A stretch of 64,000 nucleotides of DNA. It comes from a virus (Duplodnaviria; Caudoviricetes). The stretch is taken from the IMG/VR virus record IMGVR_UViG_2870609773_000001, positions 18,938 to 82,937 of that record, one strand, 5' to 3'. Every line of letters begins with the position of its first letter. Positions within the stretch are counted from its first letter, which is position 1. Positions 46,282 through 55,475 of this stretch are shown piece after piece. The position numbers and the translations under genes are program-made. The notes under the pieces were generated by a model. It had not been told where the DNA came from. It saw nothing but the letters and a program-made list of their open reading frames with translations, and searched no databases.

Positions 46282-46461
46282 TCACGATGCCTCCCCCAGC
46301 CTCTCCTCAGCACGGGAACGCAGCTCAGGAGACACTTCGCCCCTCCGCATGAACCGGATCCGCTCGGCAGAGATGTCCAAGGCGACGGGCACCTTCCACC
46401 ACGGCCAGCCCTTCGCCTGCCGGAGAGCGTCCACGGCGGCGTACAGCTCCTGCGGGGTCAC
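46282..46461 (-). CDS. Small HTH-like protein
   Basis: LYAAVDALRQAKGWPWWKVPVALDIS. Confidence 0.55.
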   Translation of the reverse strand: MTPQELYAAVDALRQAKGWPWWKVPVALDISAERIRFMRRGEVSPELRSRAEERLGEAS

Positions 46462-47120
46462 GACGCCTCCCGGCGCAGACCCTTGGGCTTCTCTCGGGGG
46501 TCGTCGATGTCGTCCCACGCCATCGGGGACAGCCAGCCGTTACGGGCCGCGTGCCGGCGTGCCAGAGTCGCGCCGTGCGAGGGTGGCGCCGGCGTCCTCG
46601 ACAACTCCCGGTACAGGTCCCGGACCGCTCGCGCCGTCTCGGCGAACACCTTCGGCTGGCGCAGCACCTTGTAGTAGTTGTTGACCGTCCGGCCGAGCAC
46701 AGCGCACTGGGCGCTCAGCGAGTAGCCGATGGCGACCAGCGCCTGCACTCGGCGGCGTGTCCCCGTCGCGTCGACCATGACCCGGTCAGGGACAGCGTCG
46801 AGGTCGAACGAGACAGACAGCAGGGATCGGGCGTTGATGTCGAGAGGGCCCCGGACGTGCTCGTTGCCGAGGACTTGCAGCACGCACTCGGCGTGGACGC
46901 CGGCGAGGTCGGCGATAGCGGACGGGCTGAGCCCGCGGTCCATCAGGCTGGCGACGTGCATGCGGACGAGGTTCGCGTCTCCGTACGCCGACCAGCGCCC
47001 GTACGCCATCAGGCGCCGCCGGTTGATGTCGTAGCGGCTCTTGGCCGCCCGGCAGGGCGTGCACCGGCAGCGGTAGGCGTTGTAGCGGCGCATCGTGCCG
47101 TGCCGGACCTCACCCATCAC
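46458..47120 (-). CDS. HGxxxxY-CRC Zn-finger + HTH protein
   Basis: HGTMRRYNAYRCRCTPCRAA; GTRRRVQALVAIGYS; WDDID motifs. Confidence 0.75.
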   Translation of the reverse strand: MMGEVRHGTMRRYNAYRCRCTPCRAAKSRYDINRRRLMAYGRWSAYGDANLVRMHVASLMDRGLSPSAIADLAGVHAECVLQVLGNEHVRGPLDINARSLLSVSFDLDAVPDRVMVDATGTRRRVQALVAIGYSLSAQCAVLGRTVNNYYKVLRQPKVFAETARAVRDLYRELSRTPAPPSHGATLARRHAARNGWLSPMAWDDIDDPREKPKGLRREAS

Positions 47121-47467
47121 GCCACCACCCGGACACGCGCCTGGACGGCCAGCAGTTTGTCGGCGTTGACTGGCCGAAGTTTGCGGCTGGGCGGCTCGCC
47201 TCGGTGCGGGCGCCCGTACAACAGGGCGTTGACAACGCCCATCTGGACGCCGGCCCGCAAGGCGATCTGCGCGACAGACAGGCCAGCAGCCCGCAAACCG
47301 TTCACGTGCTCCCGGACCGGTGCCGCGTCAACGTCAGGGCGGTGCCGCCCGTAGGCGACGTCTCGACGGAACTGGCGGGCTCGTTCGGCGTTCGCCGCCC
47401 GGCATGGCGCGCACCGGCACCTGCCGTAGCGGTACCGTCTCAGGTCGCCGTGGGGATGCTCAGCCAT
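47117..47467 (-). CDS. HGxxxxY-CRC Zn-finger + HTH protein (paralog of neighbour)
   Basis: HGDLRRYRYGRCRCAPCRAA; GLSVAQIALRAGV. Confidence 0.75.
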   Translation of the reverse strand: MAEHPHGDLRRYRYGRCRCAPCRAANAERARQFRRDVAYGRHRPDVDAAPVREHVNGLRAAGLSVAQIALRAGVQMGVVNALLYGRPHRGEPPSRKLRPVNADKLLAVQARVRVVA

Positions 47468-47900
47468 CAGCCAGCCCCGCTTCCCGCTCGGCCTTCTTCT
47501 CTGACAGGCACTCCTTGCGCGTCAGGTTCTTCTTCGAGAACCGCGATAGCGGCTTGGAGCGGTGGCAGGTGCAGCAGGTGCGGTGCGTGAGCGGGGCGCT
47601 GGAGGCCATCCCGAACGCGAGCAGCGCGTCACGGGCGTCCGCGGCGTCTGCAGCATGGTCGGGGTGGGTGCAGGGCGTGCAGTCGCACAGGTCCTGGCCG
47701 TGCTGCGGGCAGGCGGCTAGGCGCGGGCAGGAGTGCCGGCCGAGCACCATCCGCACGACCGACCGGGCAGCCGCGGCCAGCTCAGCCGTTTCAACGTCTT
47801 CCGCGATCCGGGGACGGTGGAGGGTGGCGTCCGCGTTGTAGGCGCCAGCCGACTTGGTGGGCTTCCACGCAGCCTTGTCGATCATCGCTGAGGTCGCCAC
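47460..47900 (-). CDS. Hypothetical Cys-rich protein
   Basis: DARDALLAFGM; C-terminal CxxC. Confidence 0.5.
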   Translation of the reverse strand: MATSAMIDKAAWKPTKSAGAYNADATLHRPRIAEDVETAELAAAARSVVRMVLGRHSCPRLAACPQHGQDLCDCTPCTHPDHAADAADARDALLAFGMASSAPLTHRTCCTCHRSKPLSRFSKKNLTRKECLSEKKAEREAGLADG

Positions 47901-48338
47901 CTACGCCACCGCCTGCTCAGCCGCGCGCCTGCGCTTGCTGGCCTCGATGGTGCATCCACGGCACCACGGGTTGAGCCCATCTCTCTGCTTGGCGTCCTTG
48001 GTGAACGCCGCCACCGGCTGCACAACCCCGCAGCGGGTGCACGTCTTCTCCACCACCAGCGCAGGCTTCGGAGGAGGAGGAAGAGCGGCGCGTCTGTCTG
48101 CCTCCCGCGCCCTCTGGACAGGGTTGAGTCCGCCCCAGACGCCTTCGCGCTCGTTCCGGGCCAGCGCGTACTCCAGGCAGTCCGCCTGCACCTGGCAAGG
48201 GCCACAGACGCGCTTCGCCTTGACCTCCCGCCACTTCCGCTGCCCTTCGCGCTCGCCATCGGCGGGGAAGAACAGCCGTGGGTCCGCATCGCGGCAAGCC
48301 GCACGGTCCGTCCAGTCGCTAGTGATCCGCTCAGGCAT
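47901..48338 (-). CDS. whiB: WhiB-family regulator with C-terminal Zn finger
   Basis: WTDRAACRDADPRLFFP...AKRVCGPCQVQADCLEYAL...GVWGG. Confidence 0.92.
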   Translation of the reverse strand: MPERITSDWTDRAACRDADPRLFFPADGEREGQRKWREVKAKRVCGPCQVQADCLEYALARNEREGVWGGLNPVQRAREADRRAALPPPPKPALVVEKTCTRCGVVQPVAAFTKDAKQRDGLNPWCRGCTIEASKRRRAAEQAVA

Positions 48339-48489
48339 GCGGGGTCTCCTCCTCTTCGTTTCTTGTGGGGTCGCCGGCCAGGTTGCGGGCGATCTCTGCC
48401 ATGCGTCGGAGACGGGCAGCAGCCTCAGGAGAAGCTGCAGGGTCAGCAGCAGCGCGCTCCAGACAGGAGATGTGAGGGTCACGGCGCAT
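48331..48489 (-). CDS. Small hypothetical protein
   Basis: Coupled between MTase and WhiB. Confidence 0.4.
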   Translation of the reverse strand: MRRDPHISCLERAAADPAASPEAAARLRRMAEIARNLAGDPTRNEEEETPHA

Positions 48490-50281
48490 CGGACACCCCC
48501 GAGAACAGGTCGAGAGTGGGCTGGAGAGGCTTCGACAGCCGGGCCTTGATGAGTTCCGCATGCTTCAGATCCAGCTCGATCAGCACCGACTGGAAGCCCT
48601 CCAAGACGCACGCCTCCCCCGTGGTGCCACTTCCGGCGAACGGGTCGAGGACGACACCGCCGGGCCTGGTCACGAGGCGGACAAGAAACCTCATCAATGA
48701 GAGCGGCTTCACCGTTGCGTGCGCGGTCCCGTCGTTGAGCTTGGGCCGCTCGGATGACGGGGCCTTGGCCTCGTAGCGAAAGACCGGGAAGAACCTGCTT
48801 GCCCCTCCACCCGCATCGCCCACCCATCCCCCCCGGCGGCCTTTGGCACCGTGGTAGCCCATGCCGTTGCCCTTCTCGGCGCGGGAGTTGCTGGGTGTCC
48901 AGCCACTCTGCCGGTCGAGTTCGGCGACGGGGCAGTCCGGCTGGCACGGTCCGTCCTCGACACACAGGGCGCTGTGTGAGAACACCAGGTTTGTCGGCCA
49001 GCGGCCCTCAGGAGCACCACCGCGCACGCCGGGCAGCGGGGCGAAGTCTGTACTGCCCTTGTCGGTGTAGCGGCGGTTGGCAGATGCTTCTCCATTTCGC
49101 GACCGCTCAACATGCCCTGCCGTATCCTTTAGGTATGCCTTGGAAGGATCAGCAGGGATACGTCCGCATGTGGCACAACGGGCGTGACACTCGGCAGCAT
49201 CGAGTTGTGGCTGAGGAGATGCTTGGACGTCCCCTTCTGCCGACAGAGCACGTGCATCATCGCAATGGGGTGAAGGACGACAATCGGCCAGAGAATCTGG
49301 AAGTTGTTGACTCTCGGACTCACATTGTTGAGCACTGGCAGGGCGGGCACTACGAGCCCCAGGTGAAGGCGCAGACGAAGCCTGACGCTGCTTGCTCCGA
49401 CTGTGGATGGTTCGGCCATCTGAGAGCGAAGGGCATGTGCAGCCGGTGCTATCACCGCCACTACTTCCGCCGGAACCGGGCTGCCGGACGCGCGTAGCGT
49501 CGATGTTGAGAGCGCCCGTGCCGTGCTCCAGCACGTTGGCCGCCACAGTGCCGTTGAGCGGCTTGCGGCACAGCCACCAGTGCTCCTGGCCGGGTTTGAG
49601 GGCTGTGCCCCAGCCCTCCCAGCGGGCGGCGTCGCCAGTGGCGGCGGCGGTCACGGCGTACGTGCCACCCTTGATGCCGGACGGGCCAAGCTGCTGCATC
49701 CCCGCCGTGGTGCCCGACATGCCTTGTCCGACAACGACGCGCTCCAGCCGCCCCCAATCCTCGACGGACAGGTGGCTTTTGAACCGCGCCCACCAGGCGT
49801 CGCCGGGCGAGTGCTCGGCCTTGGTCCAGTCGTGCAGGCTGTTGCCTGGCACGTCGAGTCCCAGGTTGATGGCGGCGAGAACGTAGTCCCGGCGGGCGAG
49901 CTTGTCGATCGCCGCGCTCACGTCGAGCGATTTCGGGAAGCCGCTGCCGAAAATGTGGACCACGCAGTCACGAATTTCCAGGCCAGCGTCATCCAAGGCA
50001 GTCGCGGTCCAGTGGGAGGTGCGCGGCAGCGCCCACACGAGCGCGTGACCGCCGGGCTTGAGCACCCTCCTCACCTCGGACATGACCTCGGTCAGCCACT
50101 TCACCCACAGATCGCGACCGCCCTTGTCGGCGTCCCACGTCTTGCCCATGAAGGAGATCCCGGCGGGAGGGTCGGTGACGACGGCGTCGACGCTCGCGTC
50201 CGGCATCTCGCGAAGGACGTCGAGGCAGTCGCCGAGGTACAGGGAGACGGTGTCGTCGCTCCAGTACGGGTCAAGAGGCAT
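48479..50281 (-). CDS. Beta-class N6-adenine/N4-cytosine DNA methyltransferase with ~120-aa in-frame insertion
   Basis: GDCLDVL, VVTDPPA (motif IV variant), HATVKPLSLM, VVLDPFAGSGTTG; non-MTase-like residues ~262-383. Confidence 0.9.
   Translation of the reverse strand: MPLDPYWSDDTVSLYLGDCLDVLREMPDASVDAVVTDPPAGISFMGKTWDADKGGRDLWVKWLTEVMSEVRRVLKPGGHALVWALPRTSHWTATALDDAGLEIRDCVVHIFGSGFPKSLDVSAAIDKLARRDYVLAAINLGLDVPGNSLHDWTKAEHSPGDAWWARFKSHLSVEDWGRLERVVVGQGMSGTTAGMQQLGPSGIKGGTYAVTAAATGDAARWEGWGTALKPGQEHWWLCRKPLNGTVAANVLEHGTGALNIDATRVRQPGSGGSSGGDSTGCTCPSLSDGRTIHSRSKQRQASSAPSPGARSARPASAQQCESESQQLPDSLADCRPSPHCDDARALSAEGDVQASPQPQLDAAECHARCATCGRIPADPSKAYLKDTAGHVERSRNGEASANRRYTDKGSTDFAPLPGVRGGAPEGRWPTNLVFSHSALCVEDGPCQPDCPVAELDRQSGWTPSNSRAEKGNGMGYHGAKGRRGGWVGDAGGGASRFFPVFRYEAKAPSSERPKLNDGTAHATVKPLSLMRFLVRLVTRPGGVVLDPFAGSGTTGEACVLEGFQSVLIELDLKHAELIKARLSKPLQPTLDLFSGVSDAP
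49135..49497 (+). CDS. HNH homing-type endonuclease nested antisense within the MTase
   Basis: GYVRMW...QHRVVAEEMLGRPL..TEHVHHRNGVKDDNRPENLEV..SRTH..EH (HNH_3-type) plus CSDC...CSRC; TATCCT 6 nt before ATG. Confidence 0.85.
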   Translation: MPWKDQQGYVRMWHNGRDTRQHRVVAEEMLGRPLLPTEHVHHRNGVKDDNRPENLEVVDSRTHIVEHWQGGHYEPQVKAQTKPDAACSDCGWFGHLRAKGMCSRCYHRHYFRRNRAAGRA

Positions 50282-50409
50282 CGGTGTTCGCCTCCGTTCC
50301 GAGTTGTTCCGGAGCGTTCCGAAACGGTCCGAGAGTGTCCGGAGACGTGCAGGACGGGGCCCAGCAGCGGGCAGGAGCGTCCGTGCAGACCTCGCGGTCG
50401 ATCAGGCAG

Positions 50410-50775
50410 TCAGACATCCGTCACCTCCCGCCGGAGAGCGTCAGCGACGGTGTAGCTGCGGTAGTGGAGTGTCGGGGCGAGCCGCCGGGCGAGGTCGAGA
50501 GCGTCCTGCTCGGTGAAGCGGTGGCGTGCCAGCCACTCGGACCGGAGCCGCTCGTCTTCGGCGATCTCCTCCGCTGTCTCGGGCTCTTTGTCGCCGGGCG
50601 GACCCCACGAGCGGTTCCCGCCGGCGTCGAAGCAGGCGCCGCTCAGGGTGACCGCCCACCGGCCTTCGCCGCGGTATTCGACGACCAGCGTGAAGAGGCT
50701 CGCGTCCGGGTGGGACTCCGGCACGCACGACACCACGTGGCGGGTGACGCGCACCTGAGGCTCGGGGATCGTCAT
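50410..50775 (-). CDS. Conserved actinophage hypothetical protein
   Basis: VTRHVVSCVP...VEYRGEGRWAV...RF...ALDLA motif. Confidence 0.7.
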   Translation of the reverse strand: MTIPEPQVRVTRHVVSCVPESHPDASLFTLVVEYRGEGRWAVTLSGACFDAGGNRSWGPPGDKEPETAEEIAEDERLRSEWLARHRFTEQDALDLARRLAPTLHYRSYTVADALRREVTDV

Positions 50776-50920
50776 CGGTGCGGACCTCCTTCCTCAGTGC
50801 TCGTGGTGGGCAGATCGAACAGGGAGGTGTCCTGAGGTCGGCGTTCAGCCGCGTATGGGCACACCCGGGAGTGGAGGTCCGCGTAGCCCTCAAAGGCCGC
50901 GACGAGGCAGCAGTACGGCG

Positions 50921-52105
50921 TCATGAGCACACCTCCGCGACGCGCCTGCTCATCCATCCGGCGGCGGTCACCGGGACGGCGTTGCCGATCAGCCGGTTCT
51001 TCTCGGTGCCGGTTCCGCGCAACGGGTGGTCGTCGTCGAACCCCTGGGCTCGGGCCTTCTCCCGGATGGACAGCATCCGCAGCCCGGAGTCGTCCACCGT
51101 CGCGGCCGGCTCGATGTAGGCGAAGTGGTTGCCCTCTGCGGTGATCGTCCCCAACGGCTCGTCCATGCCCAGGACGGTGCAGTTGCGGCGCAGAACGACG
51201 ATGAACGGGGCGCCGCCGAACCGGCGCAGCCCGATCTCGACCTTGCGCCTGGTCTCCTCCGCGTACGGGACGAACTTGTGGACGTACTTGCCGTCACCGA
51301 TCCTGCGCGTCGGCAACCCGGGTTCGAGCACGTCTGCGAGGGGGCGTGCGGTCGGCGTGACCGGCAGGTGCCCGCACCGCCGGTTCGGGCAGACGAACAC
51401 GGCGCTCTGCCCACCGTGAACGATCTTCCGCGCGTGCGGCTTCGCCCACCGCTGCAACGCCACCACCGGCCCGCACACCCGGCACTCCGCGGGTGGACGG
51501 ACACGCAGGTCCGGCTGCCGCTTCAACCTCTTGTGCGTGAAGCAAAACAGCAACCGGCGGCGATGCTGAGGCACCCCCGGGAACCCCGGGTCGGCCAGGA
51601 ACGCGGCATCGGCGTCAACGATCTGGATGTGGTAGTCCAGGGCCGCCCACATGCGCAGCCACGGATCGAACAGCCTCCACGTCGTGGCGAACCTCGGGAC
51701 GTTCTCCCCGCACACCACGTCGTAGTCGTGCACCTCCGCAGCCCTCAACAGGTCGTAGGCGGTCATCCGCGTCAACGACCAGTCCGTCTTGCCCTCCTGT
51801 CCAGGCGAGGGTTGAACGGTGAGCTCCGTCTGCGCCTTCTCCGCCCGGTTGCTCCCGGCCGGCGACACCTCCTTGCAGATCGGCGAACCGACCAAAACCC
51901 TGGTTCGAGGCAGCGAACGGAAGTCCAGCTTGGTGATGTCGGCCTGGCGGGTATCGCACGAGGGGAATGCCGCCCGCAGCGTCTCCACCGCTGGCGTGAC
52001 GTGGTTTACGGCCACAGCCACGCCGAAGCCGCTGCCGTCGAAGCCGCACGCGTCTCCACCTCCGCCGGCGAACAGGTGGGTGGAGGTCAGCAAACGCTCA
52101 GTCAT
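50921..52105 (-). CDS. C5-cytosine DNA methyltransferase
   Basis: HLFAGGGG (motif I), GSPIC (motif IV), GENV (VI), QHRRRL (VIII), RAQGF and IGNAVPV (IX/X). Confidence 0.92.
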   Translation of the reverse strand: MTERLLTSTHLFAGGGGDACGFDGSGFGVAVAVNHVTPAVETLRAAFPSCDTRQADITKLDFRSLPRTRVLVGSPICKEVSPAGSNRAEKAQTELTVQPSPGQEGKTDWSLTRMTAYDLLRAAEVHDYDVVCGENVPRFATTWRLFDPWLRMWAALDYHIQIVDADAAFLADPGFPGVPQHRRRLLFCFTHKRLKRQPDLRVRPPAECRVCGPVVALQRWAKPHARKIVHGGQSAVFVCPNRRCGHLPVTPTARPLADVLEPGLPTRRIGDGKYVHKFVPYAEETRRKVEIGLRRFGGAPFIVVLRRNCTVLGMDEPLGTITAEGNHFAYIEPAATVDDSGLRMLSIREKARAQGFDDDHPLRGTGTEKNRLIGNAVPVTAAGWMSRRVAEVCS

Positions 52106-52259
52106 CGTCGGCCTCCGCCCCGAACACGTCGTACGGGTCGCCGTACTTCCACGCCTTCCGCTCCACGACCTCGTGGCCGATGGCCAGCGCCACGGAGGCC
52201 GCCGTGATGTAGGAGCCGACAGTGACCAGGCTCCAGCCGATCCACGACCAGGCGTTCAC
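52098..52259 (-). CDS. Small membrane protein
   Basis: One TM helix; coupled. Confidence 0.5.
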   Translation of the reverse strand: MNAWSWIGWSLVTVGSYITAASVALAIGHEVVERKAWKYGDPYDVFGAEADDD

Positions 52260-52528
52260 CGGCCACCGTCCTGTCGCTGCTCCCATTGGCGGGCCAGGCG
52301 GTCGGCTTCGTCTCCGACCTCGTCCCGCAGGAGCTGGTCCAGGCGGGTCGGCGGGTGGATGTCCCGTCCGTCCTGCTCGTGCTGGTGGCGGGCGCGGCGC
52401 CGGTCACGGACATGCACGGCAGCGACCGCGATCAGGATCAGCACCACCAGGGCGGCGGCCAGCATCCACGTGCCGGCCGTGGCCGCGTTCAGGATGTCCA
52501 GGATCACGGCGAGGTTCGCGACGTTCAC
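52256..52528 (-). CDS. Small membrane protein
   Basis: One TM helix; coupled. Confidence 0.5.
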   Translation of the reverse strand: MNVANLAVILDILNAATAGTWMLAAALVVLILIAVAAVHVRDRRRARHQHEQDGRDIHPPTRLDQLLRDEVGDEADRLARQWEQRQDGGR

Positions 52529-52752
52529 TCGTTCTCACCGCCGCTCGGGCCCCGCTGTCCGAGGAACACCCCGTCCATCGGGTTGGTGACGCCCTTCACC
52601 GTGATCTGGTGGGTGCCAGTGGCGTAGGCGTTGAGCGCCGTACGGTGGCACGGCTCCGCGCACAGCAGCAGGTAGGAGCCGGGCGGGATCTCCGTGGTGG
52701 CGGTCTCGCCCGTCTCCGGGTCCTCGACGGTGACCTTGAGAGGCTTAGGCAC
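52525..52752 (-). CDS. Hypothetical protein
   Basis: KVTVEDPETGET...YLLLCAEPC...GTHQITVKG motif. Confidence 0.6.
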   Translation of the reverse strand: MPKPLKVTVEDPETGETATTEIPPGSYLLLCAEPCHRTALNAYATGTHQITVKGVTNPMDGVFLGQRGPSGGENE

Positions 52753-52920
52753 GGACCTCGCCCCCGTCCGGGACAGGCTGGACCGGGTCAGCAAGGCCAA
52801 ACGACAATCCGCCAATACCGGCCGCGTAGTCGGACAGCCAGCCGATCGCCGACTCCGCTCCGTCCTTGTCGGCGGCGTTCAGGGCGTACTCGATGGCCAG
52901 GGCGTTCTGGTCGAGGGAGG

Positions 52921-53547
52921 TCACAGGAACTTCACCTCTTCCTGCTGCTCCTCCTCGCGCGCCTTCACGGGCGGGTTCCGCACGAGCAGGTAGTCGATGA
53001 TGTCCGGCGCCTGCCGGTCAGCGGCGTCCTGGTCAGCGGCGACGATCAGCACCTCGTGCTGGTCAGTCCGGCCCCACGCGACGACACCCAACCCGTCCTC
53101 GGTGAGCGTGGCCGCGTACCGGCCGAGGTGCTGGGCGATGCTCGTGCGCACCGCCTGCCCCGGCATCGACCGCCAGAAGGCGTTCGGCTCGCACGTGATC
53201 AGCAGGTGGGAACCGGACGCGATCGGCAGATGCCGCCGCCAGCCGAACTCCACCTCATCGTCAGCCTCGTGGTGGCCGGCCTCGCCAAGCACCCGCATGG
53301 CCCGCTTCGCCAGGTCGGCGTGGGTCGGGTTCTGCCTCGGGATGATCCCGAGTTCCTCCAGCGCGGTCACGGCACCGCGTGCAGCCATGTCAGCCTCGCT
53401 CGGGGAGAGTTTGAACACGTAGGAGTCGCCGTCTCGGTAGTGAGCGGGACCGGCACCCTCGGAAGGCGGCGTGAAGCGGATCAGCGCCAGGTTGCGGATG
53501 TGCATGGCGAACGCCCGGTGCGCCTGCTCGCGGGTGACCTTGCTCAC
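52921..53547 (-). CDS. Hypothetical protein
   Basis: 208-aa coupled ORF. Confidence 0.6.
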   Translation of the reverse strand: MSKVTREQAHRAFAMHIRNLALIRFTPPSEGAGPAHYRDGDSYVFKLSPSEADMAARGAVTALEELGIIPRQNPTHADLAKRAMRVLGEAGHHEADDEVEFGWRRHLPIASGSHLLITCEPNAFWRSMPGQAVRTSIAQHLGRYAATLTEDGLGVVAWGRTDQHEVLIVAADQDAADRQAPDIIDYLLVRNPPVKAREEEQQEEVKFL

Positions 53548-54167
53548 GACTGCCGCTCCTGCTCTGCCAAGATGGCGTCCACGAGGCGACGGCCGACGTT
53601 GTCCGACCGGTCGCCCTCGTTGGCCTTGTCCATCGCGAGCGCGGCAGCGACCGGGAAGGGCAGGTCCACGCCGTACCGCTTGAGAGCGGCGTCGAGGGCC
53701 TCCAGAGTGGGGATTTCGCCCGGCATCATGCCGATCCAGAACACCTCGTCGTCGCCGTCGAACGCCATCGCGAAGAACGTGGTGAGCGGGGCGTCCCAGC
53801 CGACCGTGGTCACCCGGGTGTCAGGGGATCCCGGAGCGTTGGGGATGATGTGGCGGCTCATCGGGTACGCCCCGTCCTCGCCTGAATGGGCCTCAGCAGC
53901 GGTGACGAAGCGGGCGTTGTCCGGGAACCGCTCCCGGTACTTGGCCGGAATCCGGCCCTGATGCATGAGATTCGTCGTGGTCGCCCTGCGTCCGTCGAAG
54001 AACTCGATGTGGAAGCGGTGCCCACCGAACCCACGGAAGCGCAGGCTGCCGATCTCCTCGCAGATGAGGTAGTGCTCGCCGTCCACGACGACACGCTTGG
54101 TGAGATCGTCTTTGTCTCGGTCGCCGCCGGGGCCCCAGAACCGGTGGAGGAACTCCTCGCTGATCAC
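53544..54167 (-). CDS. Hypothetical protein, apparent two-module fusion
   Basis: Internal in-frame MSRHII...VGWDAPLTTFF module after FxGFGGxxF module. Confidence 0.6.
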   Translation of the reverse strand: MISEEFLHRFWGPGGDRDKDDLTKRVVVDGEHYLICEEIGSLRFRGFGGHRFHIEFFDGRRATTTNLMHQGRIPAKYRERFPDNARFVTAAEAHSGEDGAYPMSRHIIPNAPGSPDTRVTTVGWDAPLTTFFAMAFDGDDEVFWIGMMPGEIPTLEALDAALKRYGVDLPFPVAAALAMDKANEGDRSDNVGRRLVDAILAEQERQS

Positions 54168-54649
54168 TGGGCACCACCCGTCTGAGCCTGAGCGGCCTCA
54201 AGGGCGTCAGCGGTAGCGACCAGAGCGGCAGCGAACCGGCGAGCCTCGGCCGGCGAGATGTGGCCCGTACCGCCGAACAGCACGTGGTCTGTGGCGAAGA
54301 CGCTCCAGCCGTTCTCCGCCGACTCACCCGCCTCCTCGCCGAAGCGGGGGCCGGTCACCGCTGACGAGTCCGTGATGTCGGGGCGGTCCAGCACGATCGG
54401 CCCAGGCTCACCTCGCCACGCGGCAACCAGGCGCGTGAAGAGGGAGGCGAACTCGGGGTCGTCGAGGAAGCCCTTCAGGTCGTCGCCGTACAGCTCGGCG
54501 ACCTGCCGGTTGTCGGCCTCGAACGTCGCCCGCCCGCCCCGGTATCGGAAGTAGAACTCGTGCCCGTCGATCGTCCCTTCGGCCTGGAACGGGCACATGC
54601 CGCCAGCACCCCAGAAGGTGACGCCGTCGATCTCCGGAGTGGCGATCAC
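54164..54649 (-). CDS. Hypothetical protein
   Basis: GMCPFQAEGTIDGHEFYFRYRGG motif. Confidence 0.65.
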   Translation of the reverse strand: MIATPEIDGVTFWGAGGMCPFQAEGTIDGHEFYFRYRGGRATFEADNRQVAELYGDDLKGFLDDPEFASLFTRLVAAWRGEPGPIVLDRPDITDSSAVTGPRFGEEAGESAENGWSVFATDHVLFGGTGHISPAEARRFAAALVATADALEAAQAQTGGAQ

Positions 54650-55233
54650 TCGTCGCCCCCATCCTGGTCATCGTCCGACCGCAGGATCCACCGGAGCGAC
54701 TCCCGCATGTGGTCGTCGAGACCCACCCGAACCTCGGCGCCGTCCTTGTCGAACACCCGCAGCAGCGCTGCGCCGGTGTCGGCGTCGGTTTCCACGAGGA
54801 AGGCGCTCGCCACGATCTTCGTCGGCTCCTCGCGGACGGTCGTGTCGCCAATGACGGCCGACGCCACCATCTCCGCGTCCGACGCCGGCCGGATCACGAT
54901 CTGGCGCTGGCCGTAGTAGTCGCCCGACGTGGCGGTCAGGAACGCCTCAGCGGCCTCCTCCGCACCCATCGGGTGCGACGGCCCCGTCTGGCCCGGGTAC
55001 GGGGCGGGCTGCCCGTCCACGAGGACTCGCCACTTGCCGTGGCCGGTCGAACGGGGCAGCAGGATCACGCCCTCGTCGTTGAGGCAGTCCTCCAGCGTGG
55101 AGGGAACGTACCGGCCTCCGCCCGGGGCGGGCTCGGACGGCACCACCTGCTCGTGGAACGCCTTGTGGGCGCGGTCCACAGCCTGTGCGCGGGCCTTGTA
55201 CGGGTTCGTCGTCTCGGGGGTGTTCGTGCTCAT
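54646..55233 (-). CDS. Hypothetical protein
   Basis: 195-aa coupled ORF. Confidence 0.55.
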   Translation of the reverse strand: MSTNTPETTNPYKARAQAVDRAHKAFHEQVVPSEPAPGGGRYVPSTLEDCLNDEGVILLPRSTGHGKWRVLVDGQPAPYPGQTGPSHPMGAEEAAEAFLTATSGDYYGQRQIVIRPASDAEMVASAVIGDTTVREEPTKIVASAFLVETDADTGAALLRVFDKDGAEVRVGLDDHMRESLRWILRSDDDQDGGDE

Positions 55234-55475
55234 GCTGCACTTCCGTTCGGGGAGTCGTATGGGCGCTGGTAGCGCGGGGAGTAGGCGATGTCGGCGTACG
55301 GGATCAGGTCGCCCTCGATCACCGGGCAGAGCGCCAGAGGGGTGGAACGGCGGCGGGACACGTCCTCGACGGCAGGCACCACCTGGGCGAGCGCAGACCA
55401 GCCCGTGGACGAGCCGTGAGAAGCCCAGCGGCGGCGGCAGCGACGCCCGGTGTGGCGGGCGAACAGGCGGCTCAT
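55230..55475 (-). CDS. Hypothetical protein
   Basis: Coupled ORF. Confidence 0.4.
   Translation of the reverse strand: MSRLFARHTGRRCRRRWASHGSSTGWSALAQVVPAVEDVSRRRSTPLALCPVIEGDLIPYADIAYSPRYQRPYDSPNGSAA

Noticed and set aside
49129-49461. Third overlapping 110-aa minus-strand ORF inside the MTase insert
   Set aside because: No recognisable motif or RBS; likely a by-product of the dual-coding constraint
49084-49497. Intein or group I intron explanation for the MTase insert
   Set aside because: No C/S-start...HN-C/S/T intein termini seen, the nuclease is on the opposite strand, and the host frame is open; splicing is not excluded without RT-PCR
50290-50350. 10-11-bp-phased TCCG repeats
   Set aside because: Short and degenerate, and explained by a low-complexity small ORF (TSPDTLGPFRNAPEQLGT)
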